NCBI GenBank assembly: GCA_963514005.1
Contig: OY740811.1
Coordinates: 29,016,001 to 29,080,000, forward strand
Length of the DNA: 64,000 nt
Origin: Raja brachyura
Lineage: Eukaryota
Direction: 5' to 3'
The notes beneath the pieces are model-generated. The model worked only from the letters and a program-made list of their open reading frames with translations, was not told the DNA's origin and searched no databases. A program made the position numbers and the translations under genes. The first letter of the stretch is position 1. Every line of letters starts with the position of its first letter. Positions 1 to 38,720 of this stretch are shown piece after piece.

Positions 1-299
1 CTGGGACAAAAATTCCAGGTAACATGAGTGAAACAACTTAATTAATACAGCATATGACTGATGGGGTACCCCTGAATAGAACATTTAATACATGTAGAAT
101 CAAAATTGTTGGCAACACATTATATTTGCTTTGTTTGCTTGAATAAAAACAATTGATTCCTTTTTGCATTTGATATCACTGTGGTTTTCTCATTCCTACC
201 AGGATGATTTATTCAAACCGGATCAATACACAGAAAGCAGTGATATTATTTTACGCAGTTTGTTCAAATCTATAGTTCACCCCTTTGAGAATTAGACTT

Positions 300-550
300 T
301 ACAGATATAGAGTGGAAACGCCAAGCAACGATCACCCGGACACTAGTTCACTCCTACACACTAGAGATAATTTACAGAAGCCAATTAACCTACAAACCTG
401 CATGTCTTTGGAGTGTGGAGTAAACAGGGGCACCTGGAGAAAACGGGCACTGTCATGTCAAAGGGAGAACATACAAACTCTGTAGAGACAACACGAGGAG
501 AGGATTGAACCTTGGACACTGATTCTGTGAGGTGGCACGTTTACCACTGC
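300..550 (-). mobile_element. tRNA-derived SINE, degenerate
   Basis: Reverse complement resembles the SINE at 39601-39895 (AAGCCAATTAACCTACAAACC core). Confidence 0.6.
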
Positions 551-1160
551 GAATCCCTACACAGGTCAACTGTGCACCTACTTTCCTGAATGTACAGTAT
601 CACTATAACCCCTTCAGTTGTGGAATAAAGTGTACAATTGCTACCTGGCATTTGCAGGTAGCAGCTTCTAATGATAGTGACTGGTCATATGCATAGTAGA
701 AAATTGATATTAAGGCCGTTGTGACTCATTCATATCTAGCACACATTCAGGATTGGAGCACAACTGTGACTGGCACTTTGTTGCAAAATGGAACTCAATT
801 GTTATAGATGGGACATTGTACCTTTGGAGGTCCTATCTGGTTCATTGCTATAAGGACATTGAAAGATCACTCAAGGACAAGTCTCCACATTTTGCTTTAA
901 ACAAAATGACAATAAACTCTCTTGACTTGACTTTCTGACCATAATATATTGTTGTCCATGTTAGTTGCTGCTTTCAACTGTGACTACATTGCAGAAGCAT
1001 CCATTGGGTGCAAAGTCCTCAAATGCATTGAAGAGATTATCTCTCTATAATCATTGATGCGTTCCATTGTTAAATTACCCAGATGCCAGTACAAAAGTCA
1101 ATTCACCATTATTGCTTCACTTGGTGAGATTCAACCAAAAGTCTGTTACGTTTCAACATT

Positions 1161-1166
1161 TTTATT
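1161..1166 (-). terminator. candidate MRTO4 polyadenylation signal
   Basis: AATAAA on the minus strand about 105 nt after the stop codon. Confidence 0.55.
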
Positions 1167-1271
1167 AGAAAAGTTGCCCTGAAGTTGTTTTCCACCAATT
1201 CTTCTCTCGTGTATAGTATTGTTCAGTCAATTTAAGAAGTCAAGCATGGGACAAAACCCTTGAATTCCCTG

Positions 1272-1406
1272 CTATTCATCCATCTCTGCCACATCTTTGT
1301 TTTTTCCATCATCAGTCACAGCAAGTTGTTCAAATTCACCAGTCTTGGAGTTCCACAGGCAGTTTATTGTCACTTTGAATGTGGCCATCTCAATACCAAG
1401 GAGTTT
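1272..1406 (-). CDS. MRTO4: MRTO4 exon 8 (last coding exon)
   Basis: [28 protein letters not shown]...EMDE, TAG stop at 1274-1272. Confidence 0.93.
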   Translation of the reverse strand, partial: KLLGIEMATFKVTINCLWNSKTGEFEQLAVTDDGKNKDVAEMDE

Positions 1407-4400
1407 CTGGAAGACAACCAAGTAGTACAAGTCTTGAAAACGTCCTCATTCCAGTATTATTTAGTGTTTGGATGTTCAACATTTAGAAATGCTCTGTACA
1501 TGGAAGACAATTTTTCCTACGTATTGGCGTGATATCTTAATGGGTAGGTGCAGAAGTGCTGGTGTTTTGTGAATACTATAGCCGAATGAGATTATTGTAG
1601 ACAGATTTGTAAAAGACCCCACCCTCAATTAAACATAAAACTAAATTAAAAATCCCTCGGGTTCACCTCATTCATGGTTTTCAGCCTTCTGGTGTGGTAA
1701 TTCCACAAATTAAAAGCCAAAATGTGAAATAAAAGTACTAACCAATAGGCGTGCTTGCTCGGGTGTCAGTGAGGCACCTTCTTTACATACGTCATAATCA
1801 CTCAACAATGTCACGACACCTATAAGACAATCACATGAATTGACATCTTTAATCAAGTAATCAACTTCATCAAATACTTGGCAAAGGGGTAATCTTTATC
1901 ATTACTGCACCTTTCTTCAGCGTGGTCGGTAAACCAAGTTTCCGTAATTGTGGCTCCATGGAGTGAGTGAATTGTGTTAGTGGCCCAGCGTCAAGTGTAA
2001 TGGCCATCGTAGCTTTGTTCCCAGACCGTGCAAAATCAGATTCCGAGTACTGAGCAAACCACCTGTTGATCAAGATGTGGAGAGCGCGTTGGCAGAGGCA
2101 TGATGAAAGAACAGGAGCACATTGTATGTCAAAGAAAGTAAGAAAATGAAGAAACTTACTCAATCACCTCTGCCTTTGTGCGATTAGTGAACAGGAGACC
2201 AACTTCACCTTCTAGCTGTGCGCTGACCTACAAAGGGAAGACAATGTCAAATATTGCTGATGCTCCAAACCAGCGTTTCTCAACCGGGGTTCCCCGGAAT
2301 GCTAGCGTTCCGCGAGAGGTCGCTAGGGGCTACTCCCCTCCCCTGACATCAGTCTGAAGAACGGTCTCGACCCGAAACGTCGCCCATTCCTTCTCATTGA
2401 TGCTGCCCCGCTCGCTGCGTTATTCCAGCATTTTGTGTCTACCTTTAATCATATGCAAATGCATCTTTGAGTCATTTTTGTGTTTAATGTCATATTCATC
2501 ATTTTATTATACACGTACGGCATATTTAGTGACGTCATATTTACGGCGCCAGTGTGAAACGGTCTTTAGTGGTCAGTAGCTATACGTGACGGGTTTGTGT
2601 ATCATCGAGTGACTCACTCGAGTACAGATGCAAGCACGGTCTCCATCAGTCCTGTCTGTGCTTCCTGGCGTACAGGCCCAGTCCCTCATTCGCCCATGTT
2701 ATTTAGTAATAGTTATTTAGTAATTTTGTTACGCATAATATGAATTAAAAAAATTTAAGTATGTTTGTTTATTTTTGTTAGTTGATCAAAAGTTTATTTA
2801 TGTATGTTTTTGTCAGTTTAAGAAAAGTTTGTGTGTTGTTTTCTCTCCCTAACTCGTCCAAGGTTAGTTCTTCTGTTTGCCTTTATTTGCTTAAGTTTCG
2901 AACAAGCAGTTTGATCTTTTTTTTGCATTGTCAATAAACTTGAGGAAAACGCATGAACCATGAAAGAGAAAGATAAAGATAGACAATAATTTTTATGTAG
3001 GGGTTCCCTGAAACATCAACATTATTTCAAGGGTTCCGCAAGGGTTAAAAAGTTTGAGAAACGCTGCTCCAAACATACAACAGGTCATAGAGAAACAAAG
3101 GCAAAGTTTTAGGGTGACAAATGACAAAACTAAACCCCATCAACCTCAAATCTTTACCCATTGTACTACCAAAATACATTAAACAATTCAGTACATGGGC
3201 ATTTGCCAAGAGCTCACCTTGTGTAAACCATCCTTGTACTCATCTGCTGATCCTTTTCCCAGAGCCACCACCATCACTTTATTTTTACCAAAGAAGAACC
3301 TGCACGAGTACAACAGAAAATATCTTGAAATCTTTTACATAGGGGCATAAAAGAGAGCTTATCGAAACATAAATTACGGTGGTGCAGCGGTAGATTTGCT
3401 GCCTTACAGCGCCAGAGATTCGGGTTCAATCTCAACTTCGGGCTCTGTCTATGCAGTGTTTATACATTATCCCCGTGATGGTGTGGGTTTTCTCTGAGAA
3501 CTTTGGTTTCCTCCCACAACCCAAATACATTTTGTCCCGCTGAGTTACTCCAGCTTTTTGTGTCTCTCAGATTTGTACATTAATTGGCTTGGTAAGAATT
3601 GATTAGCATGCAATGCAAAACTTTTCCTGAACCTCATTACACATGATAATAGTAAACCTAAACCTAGGAGGTGGAAGGCCTCAGGGAACCGACTGTATTG
3701 GACACTTGGTTTGTCAACATAAAAATTGAAGTAGGAAGCCACTACATGCAAGTTTGTCGACAATCATTTTAGTGGCTTAAAATAGATGGAAAGAGATAGT
3801 TATGGGGCAAATAGAATTAATTGTGGGGAAGCATGAAGAAATACAATGTATGAGTTAAATACATTTGAGTATTAATAGTGATGTAGGAATTAGAAAGGGG
3901 CATAGAGATTTAGAAAACAGATTGATTAACCAACTTAATAATCTAACAGGTTATAGAAGGTAAATAAATGGAATTAATCTAGATTTAATATGGCTTCACG
4001 GGCTTTAATATGGCCTCACAGAGTATCAAACAGCGTAAGCAATGAAAGTTGAAAATGGGCATGAAGAAACAGCTCAGAATTACATGAATCATCAACATGG
4101 AAGATGGCCTTTTGTCTCGTCAACTACTGGATGTCATGCAAGAAATGAGACAAAAGGGTCAAGTGTGTGTGGAGTTGAGGGTCACCAGCATACATGTAGA
4201 AAATCATCATGCATTTGAGGATATTGCTAAGGAACAGCCTGCAGATAAGAAATGGCAATGGGAGTCAAACATCAATCCCAGGAAGGCACAGAAATAAAAT
4301 TGTACATGCTCAGGAACATTTTGATGATTCTCTGATTACAATTGGATGAAAAACAAACATGCAAGTATGGTCCCTAAATTTGGTGTGTTGTCGACACAGA

Positions 4401-7330
4401 TCAGCTATGATGGAACTGAATTGCAGAATATACTCAAGGGCACTGAGTAGTTTAATTTAATTCATTCTCTACATGACAAATGAGCTAACCAACACATGGT
4501 TAACTATCAACAATTAATCATCCAGTATCATTACGGGGGAAAAATATCTATAGCATCTCACCGGCTGTGTTTCCAGGCACATCGCATATCCTTCAGTTTG
4601 TTATTTCTCATGTTCTCAACAGAAAAGACAAAGAGGTTTGTGTACGTGTCCACACATTTTCGTAACTTTAAAAAAAAATTGCAAACAAGTGTCAGTAACA
4701 AGGAAAACAAACTACGCTGGCAGCTTTTTTGGAGATTTTGTCTTAAATGCTGAAAAAATAACAATGAATCTTAAACAACAGCATCTTACAATTCCAAATG
4801 TTATTAACGAGTTTTTGCTGTGATGCAATTGAGTGGTCGGGGGAGTATGCTTGATTTATGAGGCTTTTAGGGCTGCAATAAATACTACTTAATAAATGGA
4901 GATGGAGTCAGGGTGATGAAGAATGACAAGGAGGTGCAGAGTTGGGGATGGGGAAAGAGGAAAACATTTAGTATATTTTCTTTAGCGTTTAATTTAAAAG
5001 TACATAGTTGTTAAATTAATTTAAGATCAACTGTTGTGGGAACTATTCAACATCATCAGGAGGCAAAGGGTAGGAGTAAACGGGTCCTTTTCAGAATGGC
5101 AGGCAGTGACTAGTGGGGTGCCGCAAGGCTCAGTGCTGGGACCCCAGCTATTTACAATAGATATTAATGATTTGGACGAGGGAATTCAATGCAACATCTC
5201 CAAATTTGCAGATGACACCAAACTGGGGGGTATAGTTAGGTGTGAGGAGGATGCTTGGAGGCTGCAGGGTGATTTGGATAGGCTGAGTGAATGGGCAGAT
5301 GCATGGCAGATGCAGTATAATGTGGATAAATGTGAGGTTATCCACTTTGGTGGCAAAAACATGAGGGTAGACTATTATCTGAATGGTGGCAGGTTAGGAA
5401 AAGGGGAGATGCAACGAGACCTGGGTGTCATGGTACACCAGTCATTGAAAGTAGGCATGCAGGTGCAGCAGGCAGTGAAGAAAGCAAATGGTATGTTAGC
5501 ATTCATAGCGAAAGGATTTGAGTATAGGAGCAGGGAGGTTCTACTGCAGTTGTACAGGGTTTTGGTGAGGCCACACCTGGAGTATTGCGTACAATTTTGG
5601 TCTCCAAATCTGAGGAAAGACACCCTTGCCATAGAGGGGGTACAGAGAAGATTCACCAGACTGATTCCTGGGATGTCAGGACTTTCATATGAGGAAAGAT
5701 TGGATAGACTCGGCTTGTACTCGCTGGAATTTAGAAGATTGAGGGGGGATCTTATAGAAACTTACAAAATTCTTAAGGGGTTGGACAAGCTAGATGCTGG
5801 AAGATTGTTCCCGATGTTGGGGGAGTCCAGAACAAGGGGTCACAGTCTAAGGATAAGGGGGAATTCCTTTAGGACCGAGATGAGGAAAACATTCTTTACA
5901 CAGAGAGTGGTGAGTCTCTGGAATTCTCTGCCACAGAAGGTAGTTGAGGCCAGTTCATTGGCTATATTTAAGAGGGCGTTAGATGTGGCACTTGTGGCTA
6001 AAGGGATCAGGGGGTATGGAGAGAAGGCAGGTACGGGATACTGAGTTGGATGATCAGCCATGATCACATTGAATGGCGGTACAGGCTCGAAGGGCCGAAT
6101 GGCCTACTCCTGCACCTATTTTTCTATGTTTCTATGTTATACACCAACCCCAAACCAATTAGGAGCAGACGAGGGCATTCGATCCAATTTGTGGTCCCAG
6201 CCTCAAAGACAGATGTGTACAGCAATTTGTTCTTTCCACACACTATTAAAGCATGGAATAATCTCCACCAAGCCACGGTTGCCCAGCCAAATGCAACTAA
6301 ATTTAAAGTGGCACTTTCTTCCCAATAACCCTCTCTGGCTAAACCCCTCCCTTCACCACCTCCAGTTTAAATTCCAGTTGGAATATTTTGGAGGACCAAG
6401 TAACCAAGAACCAAGAATCATTCACGTATTTTTCAACTAGTTTCAACCAACGACAAAACATGCTGGCTAAAATTGTTTCTGTAAGCAGTGAGGGCAAGTC
6501 TGAGAAGCTTGTGGAGAGCCATTTCCACAGGAACCTAGTATGTGGCCCAAATATAATAGGAGAGGTCTGATTGGTGCCTATTGATTGTAGACTCACCTCC
6601 TCGATTAAGCTCTGTTTGACCTGTAATCGTTTCTTAGTTGTTTTGGTCAAAGAAACTGTAGAAATAAAAATAGTCTGAGTTAATACAGCGATTTAATCAA
6701 CAGACATAGAGACCAAATAGAAGAGAGACACAAAAAGCTGGTGGGTCACTTAGTGGGTCGGGCAGCATCTCTGGAGAAAAGGGAATAGGTGACATTAGGG
6801 TCAAGGCCCTTCTTCAGACTGAGTCATGGGAAAGAAACATAGAAAGTACATAGAACAAATACATGAAAGATATTCAAAAAACGACGATCACCAACAGAGA
6901 CCAAATAAAAACTAGATTTAACTTTCTTATTTTGTAAAGTTATTCTTCAGATCGTTGGGTCGTCCCGATAAGTCTTTTATTTAGAGATACGGCATGTAAA
7001 CCTTATGCCCACGCCGACCATCGATCAACCAGTTTCTCATCCACTCGAGAAATCGATTAACCTACAAACCCCACACATCTTTGGGATGTAGAGGGAAACC
7101 GGAACACCTGAAGGGAACCCACGCGGTCACAGTGCAAACTCCACACACACAGACAAGACAGCACCCGAGGTCGGGATCTCAGGCAAAGATCCTGTAGCGC
7201 TATAGGATCTTTGGTCTCAGGTGCTGCGAGGCAGCGGCTCTGTATCTGAGCTCTGAGTTCCCGATGAGTCCGGCATCGGTGGTCCGTGGGCCGCGCTCTT
7301 ACCCCGCTTGTCCCGCCGGGATCGCGGCAT
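1272..7330 (-). CDS. MRTO4: mRNA turnover protein 4 homolog (Mrt4, pre-60S ribosome maturation factor); complement(join(7303-7330,6597-6655,4562-4665,3218-3299,2160-2227,1911-2062,1743-1819,1272-1406)), 705 nt, 234 aa
   Basis: Spliced translation [37 protein letters not shown]...[14 protein letters not shown]...GEVGLLFTN...[14 protein letters not shown]...EMDE* matches the Mrt4/MRTO4 family; all introns GT-AG and phase-consistent. Confidence 0.97.
1743..1819 (-). CDS. MRTO4: MRTO4 exon 7
   Basis: [26 protein letters not shown]. Confidence 0.95.
1911..2062 (-). CDS. MRTO4: MRTO4 exon 6
   Basis: [17 protein letters not shown]...[18 protein letters not shown]. Confidence 0.95.
2160..2227 (-). 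CDS. MRTO4: MRTO4 exon 5
   Basis: [23 protein letters not shown]. Confidence 0.95.
2271..3066. mobile_element. non-autonomous hAT (Charlie-like) DNA transposon
   Basis: TIRs CAGCGTTTCTCAA / TTGAGAAACGCTG; perfect 8-bp TSD CTCCAAAC (2263-2270 and 3067-3074). Confidence 0.88.
3218..3299 (-). CDS. MRTO4: MRTO4 exon 4
   Basis: [27 protein letters not shown]. Confidence 0.95.
3377..3530 (+). mobile_element. tRNA-derived SINE (HE1-like), partial
   Basis: Box A TGGTGCAGCGG and Box B GGTTCAATC; similar to 13968 and 39601. Confidence 0.7.
4562..4665 (-). CDS. MRTO4: MRTO4 exon 3
   Basis: [35 protein letters not shown]. Confidence 0.95.
5057..6138 (+). mobile_element. young 5'-truncated CR1/HER1 LINE (ORF2 reverse-transcriptase C-terminal half plus 3'UTR)
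   Basis: Uninterrupted ORF to 6044 with [14 protein letters not shown] and [13 protein letters not shown] motifs; (TTTCTATG)n tail. Confidence 0.95.
6139..6418 (+). mobile_element. 3' end of a second, different LINE family (CR1/L2-group-like)
   Basis: Encodes [35 protein letters not shown], a typical ORF2 C-terminal FFP-TI-WN motif; stop at 6328; (AACCAAG)n tail. Confidence 0.7.
6597..6655 (-). CDS. MRTO4: MRTO4 exon 2
   Basis: [28 protein letters not shown]. Confidence 0.95.
6985..7240 (-). mobile_element. tRNA-derived SINE, degenerate
   Basis: Same family as 45140-45430. Confidence 0.6.
7303..7330 (-). CDS. MRTO4: MRTO4 coding exon 1
   Basis: ATG at 7330, MPRSRRDKR, donor GTAAGA. Confidence 0.9.
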
Positions 7331-7449
7331 GATGGCTGTAGCTGCTGCAGGTGTCGAATGCGCCGGTGGAGGCTGGAGCTGGAGCCGCCGGTGTTGTGTT
7401 GACCAAAGACCACGACCAGCCCCGGACCGTCCGTCTGTCGCTTCCTCAC

Positions 7450-7686
7450 GTGTGTCCGCCGCCGCCGCCTACTCCGCCGCCAGCGCCCCGTGTGGCCGCC
7501 GCCTACTCCGCCGCCAGCGCCCCGTGTGGCCGCCGCCGCCTACTCCGCCGCCAGCGCCCCGTGTGGCCGCCGCCGCCTACTCCGCCGCCAGCGCCCCGTG
7601 TGGCCGCCGCCGCCGCCGCCGCCGCCGCCGCCTACTCCGCCTACTCCGCCGCCAGCGCCCCGTGTGGCCGCCGCCGCCCCTACTCC
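7450..7686. repeat. GC-rich minisatellite with embedded variable (GCC)n
   Basis: Unit GTGTG(GCC)nTACTCCGCCGCCAGCGCCCC starting at 7450, 7490, 7524, 7561, 7598 and 7662 (partial). Confidence 0.95.
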
Positions 7687-7843
7687 ACTATCTTAGATCC
7701 TCTCCAATATTTACGACGAAACTGTCGAGTTAGACTTCGATGCAACACGTCGTTTATTATTTCATCGAATATTAAAATCTGCCAGCAACGTGTTCAATAT
7801 TTTAGACGGATTTGACTTTTGATCGGTGTCCGCCTCTGGGAGC

Positions 7844-7936
7844 CCCGTGCATGCTGGGATACTGGAGGTCCCGGGCGCCCGTGCATGCTGGGATACTGGA
7901 GGTCCCGGGCGCCCGTGCATGCTGGGATACTGGAGG
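7844..7936 (+). repeat. 34-bp tandem repeat, 2.7 copies
   Basis: CCCGTGCATGCTGGGATACTGGAGGTCCCGGGCG at 7844, 7878 and 7912. Confidence 0.95.
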
Positions 7937-7947
7937 ACCGAGCAGTG

Positions 7948-35699
<27,752 letters not shown>

Positions 35700-37012
35700 A
35701 TGTCATCAGCTTGGAAGAGAATAGTTGTCTCCTCGTCGAGTGGAGCTGAAGATGGGTGCAACCTTAACAGGGACCCCCATGCTCTTGCACCCATGTACAT
35801 ACTATGTATATTTTTCGTAACACGTTCTCAATAAGAATCAGAGTGATGGACACTTTCATGAGCAGATTTTAACAAAAGTTGGTTTCGTCGTTGTAAAAAA
35901 TTAATTTGTTTCTATTGATCAGAAGTTTTTCTTTGGGATAAATGATGTTTATGTTCCTGCAAAATGGCTCGGAGATAGAAAGGGAACTTTTGAAAGTAAT
36001 GTATACAATTAATGATAGGTGAATCTGAATGTTTCCTGGTGCTCTGCTTTAAATCTTTAGCCCATGCTGCATTTTTAGATCTGGTTGATACTTTATTTGT
36101 AGATGGATGTTGCCTCTAGCTCAGGTTCCCTATAAAAATGAATGCTGGATATTCGCATCTTTGTTAGTCTTTGGACAGAAAACGTCAGTCTTTTTGTCTT
36201 GCATTCTGACGATATCCCTTTGGTCTAATTTTTCTACCCGAGGCAGGACATGGACTGTTTCAGAGAGGTGGATTTTCCATGTTGAAGCCCTGCCACTAGG
36301 TGATGCTGGTGCTTTTTGTCCCCTTGCACTGTGAGGTTGGATTGTGGTAGGAAAGTTTACAACGCCCTCTCTCCCCTTATTATCTGCAGCCCGAATGTAC
36401 TGAATTTGGACAATAAACTACTGACTTGCATCCTTTAGTGGCACAGTGATGTTACCTCTTGCCTGAGTGGGGAAAAAAAGAAAACTTTTTAACATTGCAT
36501 GTTGATAATATTTGTGAGGTGATTGATACAGGACTGATTTTTTTTTGAGAGAGAATTTGAAAACATAACTTAATTTTTTTTAATTGTATTGTGAAGTTGG
36601 TGTGTGAGGGAGTTTTGAATTGCGGGAGTGCGCCCCACACCACAAATGTGTGAACAGCAAAAAATCGTGAAAATGTTGAAATTTGAAGGTGTACAAAAGG
36701 AATTGCAGACCTTAGCTGTTTTGGATGTTTAATATTTGACTCCTGAACATCCGATCGTGACAGGCATTTAGAGTCAAAGTGTGCAATGGATGCGTGAATG
36801 AACAGAATTAATGTGTGAATATCTGATATTCTAAATATTTGCCCATGTTTCATCATTGTTTTGCAGGAAAGGGATGGTTTGAATGATAGTTATAACCTTT
36901 TACTAGTTAGTTTGGTGTTTTATTCTCTCCCTTGCCTAAAATTCAAGTACAGCCACATCAAAAATGTTGAGACTTAAACACACCTTAAAATTAATGCATT
37001 GAAATTTTGTTA

Positions 37013-37063
37013 AATAAAAATTTATTTATGTTTGAGTTATAGTTTTTGAAACCAATAAATAAA
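37013..37063 (+). terminator. candidate EMC1 polyadenylation signals
   Basis: AATAAA at 37013, 37054 and 37058 followed by a U/GU-rich tract; another AATAAA at 36412. Confidence 0.55.
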
Positions 37064-38379
37064 ATGTTACTGTGACATTGAACTTTGTTTCCTTCAGCTT
37101 CAGTTGTACATAATGTCATATTTGAATTGGGAATTAATTAGGGTTCCGGCCTGAAACATCCATGGGTCCCAACCCAAAATGTCGCTCATGCATGTTCTGC
37201 AGAGATGCTGCCTGACCCGCTGATTTACTTCAGTACTTTGTGTGATCTTTGTTAAACTAACGGTAACGATACTTGTGGATGTCTCTGCTCATCGAATAAT
37301 GCCCCTGGATTATTTGTTTCCGCCTGAATGAGCAGCAATACTCTCTCAGTAATTGCATTGAACTCTCACTTGAGATAATGTTCTTAATTTGTGATACGGA
37401 TTTGAATCCTCAATCTTCGTACTCTGAGTCTTATCAATGAGTCATAACAAACAACCATAGATGTGAGCATGTTCATGAAAAATTAAATTTACTGCTTGGG
37501 AATTTTGCAATTAATATCTCATGTACCTTATAAGGTATAGAAAATATAATGTTTATCTGACCCCAAGGCCTTTTAGATGTAAGCTCTATTCTAAAATTGG
37601 CAAATCAAAAATTACAATATTGGGTACTTTAGTGCAGTGACTCAATGTTTGCATTAGTTCGTTAGAACAATCTACAGTCCGACCTATGAGTGAAATGGCA
37701 GTCAATTGATTTCAAAACCCAAACCAGAAATTTTCACTGTATTGAATAGCTACTGCAAGCATGAAAGAGTTGAATTTAATTTTTGGGGGGGGGGGGGGAG
37801 ACAGTGAGAGTAGTTTGGTGTTGATACAAATATTGTGATATATACCAAGGGCCCCATTTGTGTCCTATATTTAACATGTCAACCTAATATTTCTGTTTTT
37901 TTAAAGTATTTGTAAGTAGTTTGCTTCCTTTCCTATTCCCATTGCTTAATATTTGGATATAATTCTTAGTTTTGACCATTTTGGCGGTACATTGCAGTCT
38001 GCATTTGCACCATTCACTTAATAATTTCCATGTATCAAAATAGTCCAGTTCAAATCTGGAGGTTTAGTAAGTGATGTAAAAAGTAGATTTAAAGAGTCGA
38101 TACCATGCAGGCGGAGAATATCCATATGTGGTTGGTTTTTTTTGCCAGTGTTTTTAAAAGTTTAAAAAGTGCTAGAGTGGAAAGATGCATTTTATTAAAG
38201 TTTAAAATGCGGGGGGGAGGGTTTAAACTTGCGTCGCCCTCTTTTCCTGGGCGAGAGGGACTTCTGGAGCAAAGATACTGCTCTGGAGCAAGATAGACCA
38301 CTCCTCCGAAATCCAAATCCTCTAGTATCTTTGCTCTGGAGTGCTGAGTTAGTGGGTGGTCCACAAGGGTAGGACCGAT

Positions 38380-38720
38380 TGCGCTGCGGACTAGTGTGTA
38401 ACGCGCTTGTGCGCGGTTCTTCTCCGGAGTGTTTAGTCCGTTGCACCAGTCGGCCCACGGTAAAATGGCGCTGAACTCGGCTCCGGCCCTGGAGCCGGAC
38501 CCCGACTGGAGCGCCGCTGTCCGCCCGCTCCTCGCCGCTTCCTATTCTACATTCGAGCCGCGGGACATCTCTCAGCTCTTCAGCTCGGTGATAAACAGGT
38601 AAAGTGGGAAGCCGCGCTCCGTGGTCGTCCAGGGAAGGGAGCAGGAGGACGGGCTGACAGAGCCGCGGCCCTGGGCCCCGTCGCTTCACCTTCGCCCGCC
38701 TCCCTCCCCCCCCCCCGGGC
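38380..38720 (+). promoter_or_regulatory. UBR4 CpG-rich promoter/exon 1 region
   Basis: Local CpG enrichment; YY1-type AAAATGGCG overlapping the start codon (38461-38470). Confidence 0.65.
38465..38598 (+). CDS. UBR4: UBR4 exon 1
   Basis: MALNSAPALEPDPDWSAAVRPLLAASYSTFEPRDISQLFSSVIN. Confidence 0.9.

Larger units (their letters stand above)
7331..7947. promoter_or_regulatory. bidirectional CpG-island promoter of MRTO4/EMC1
   Basis: 617 bp between divergent start codons; CpG-rich; E-box CACGTG at 7447-7452. Confidence 0.8.

Noticed and set aside
5034-6044. 336-aa reverse-transcriptase ORF as a host gene or retron-like system
   Set aside because: It is a 5'-truncated CR1 ORF2 with a typical 3' tail and near-identical relatives in the window.
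7308-7815. Long Pro/Ala/Arg-rich ORFs
   Set aside because: Stop-free translations of the GC-rich minisatellite, with no protein-like features.
7844-7936. CRISPR-like array
   Set aside because: Contiguous tandem units without spacers in a vertebrate promoter.
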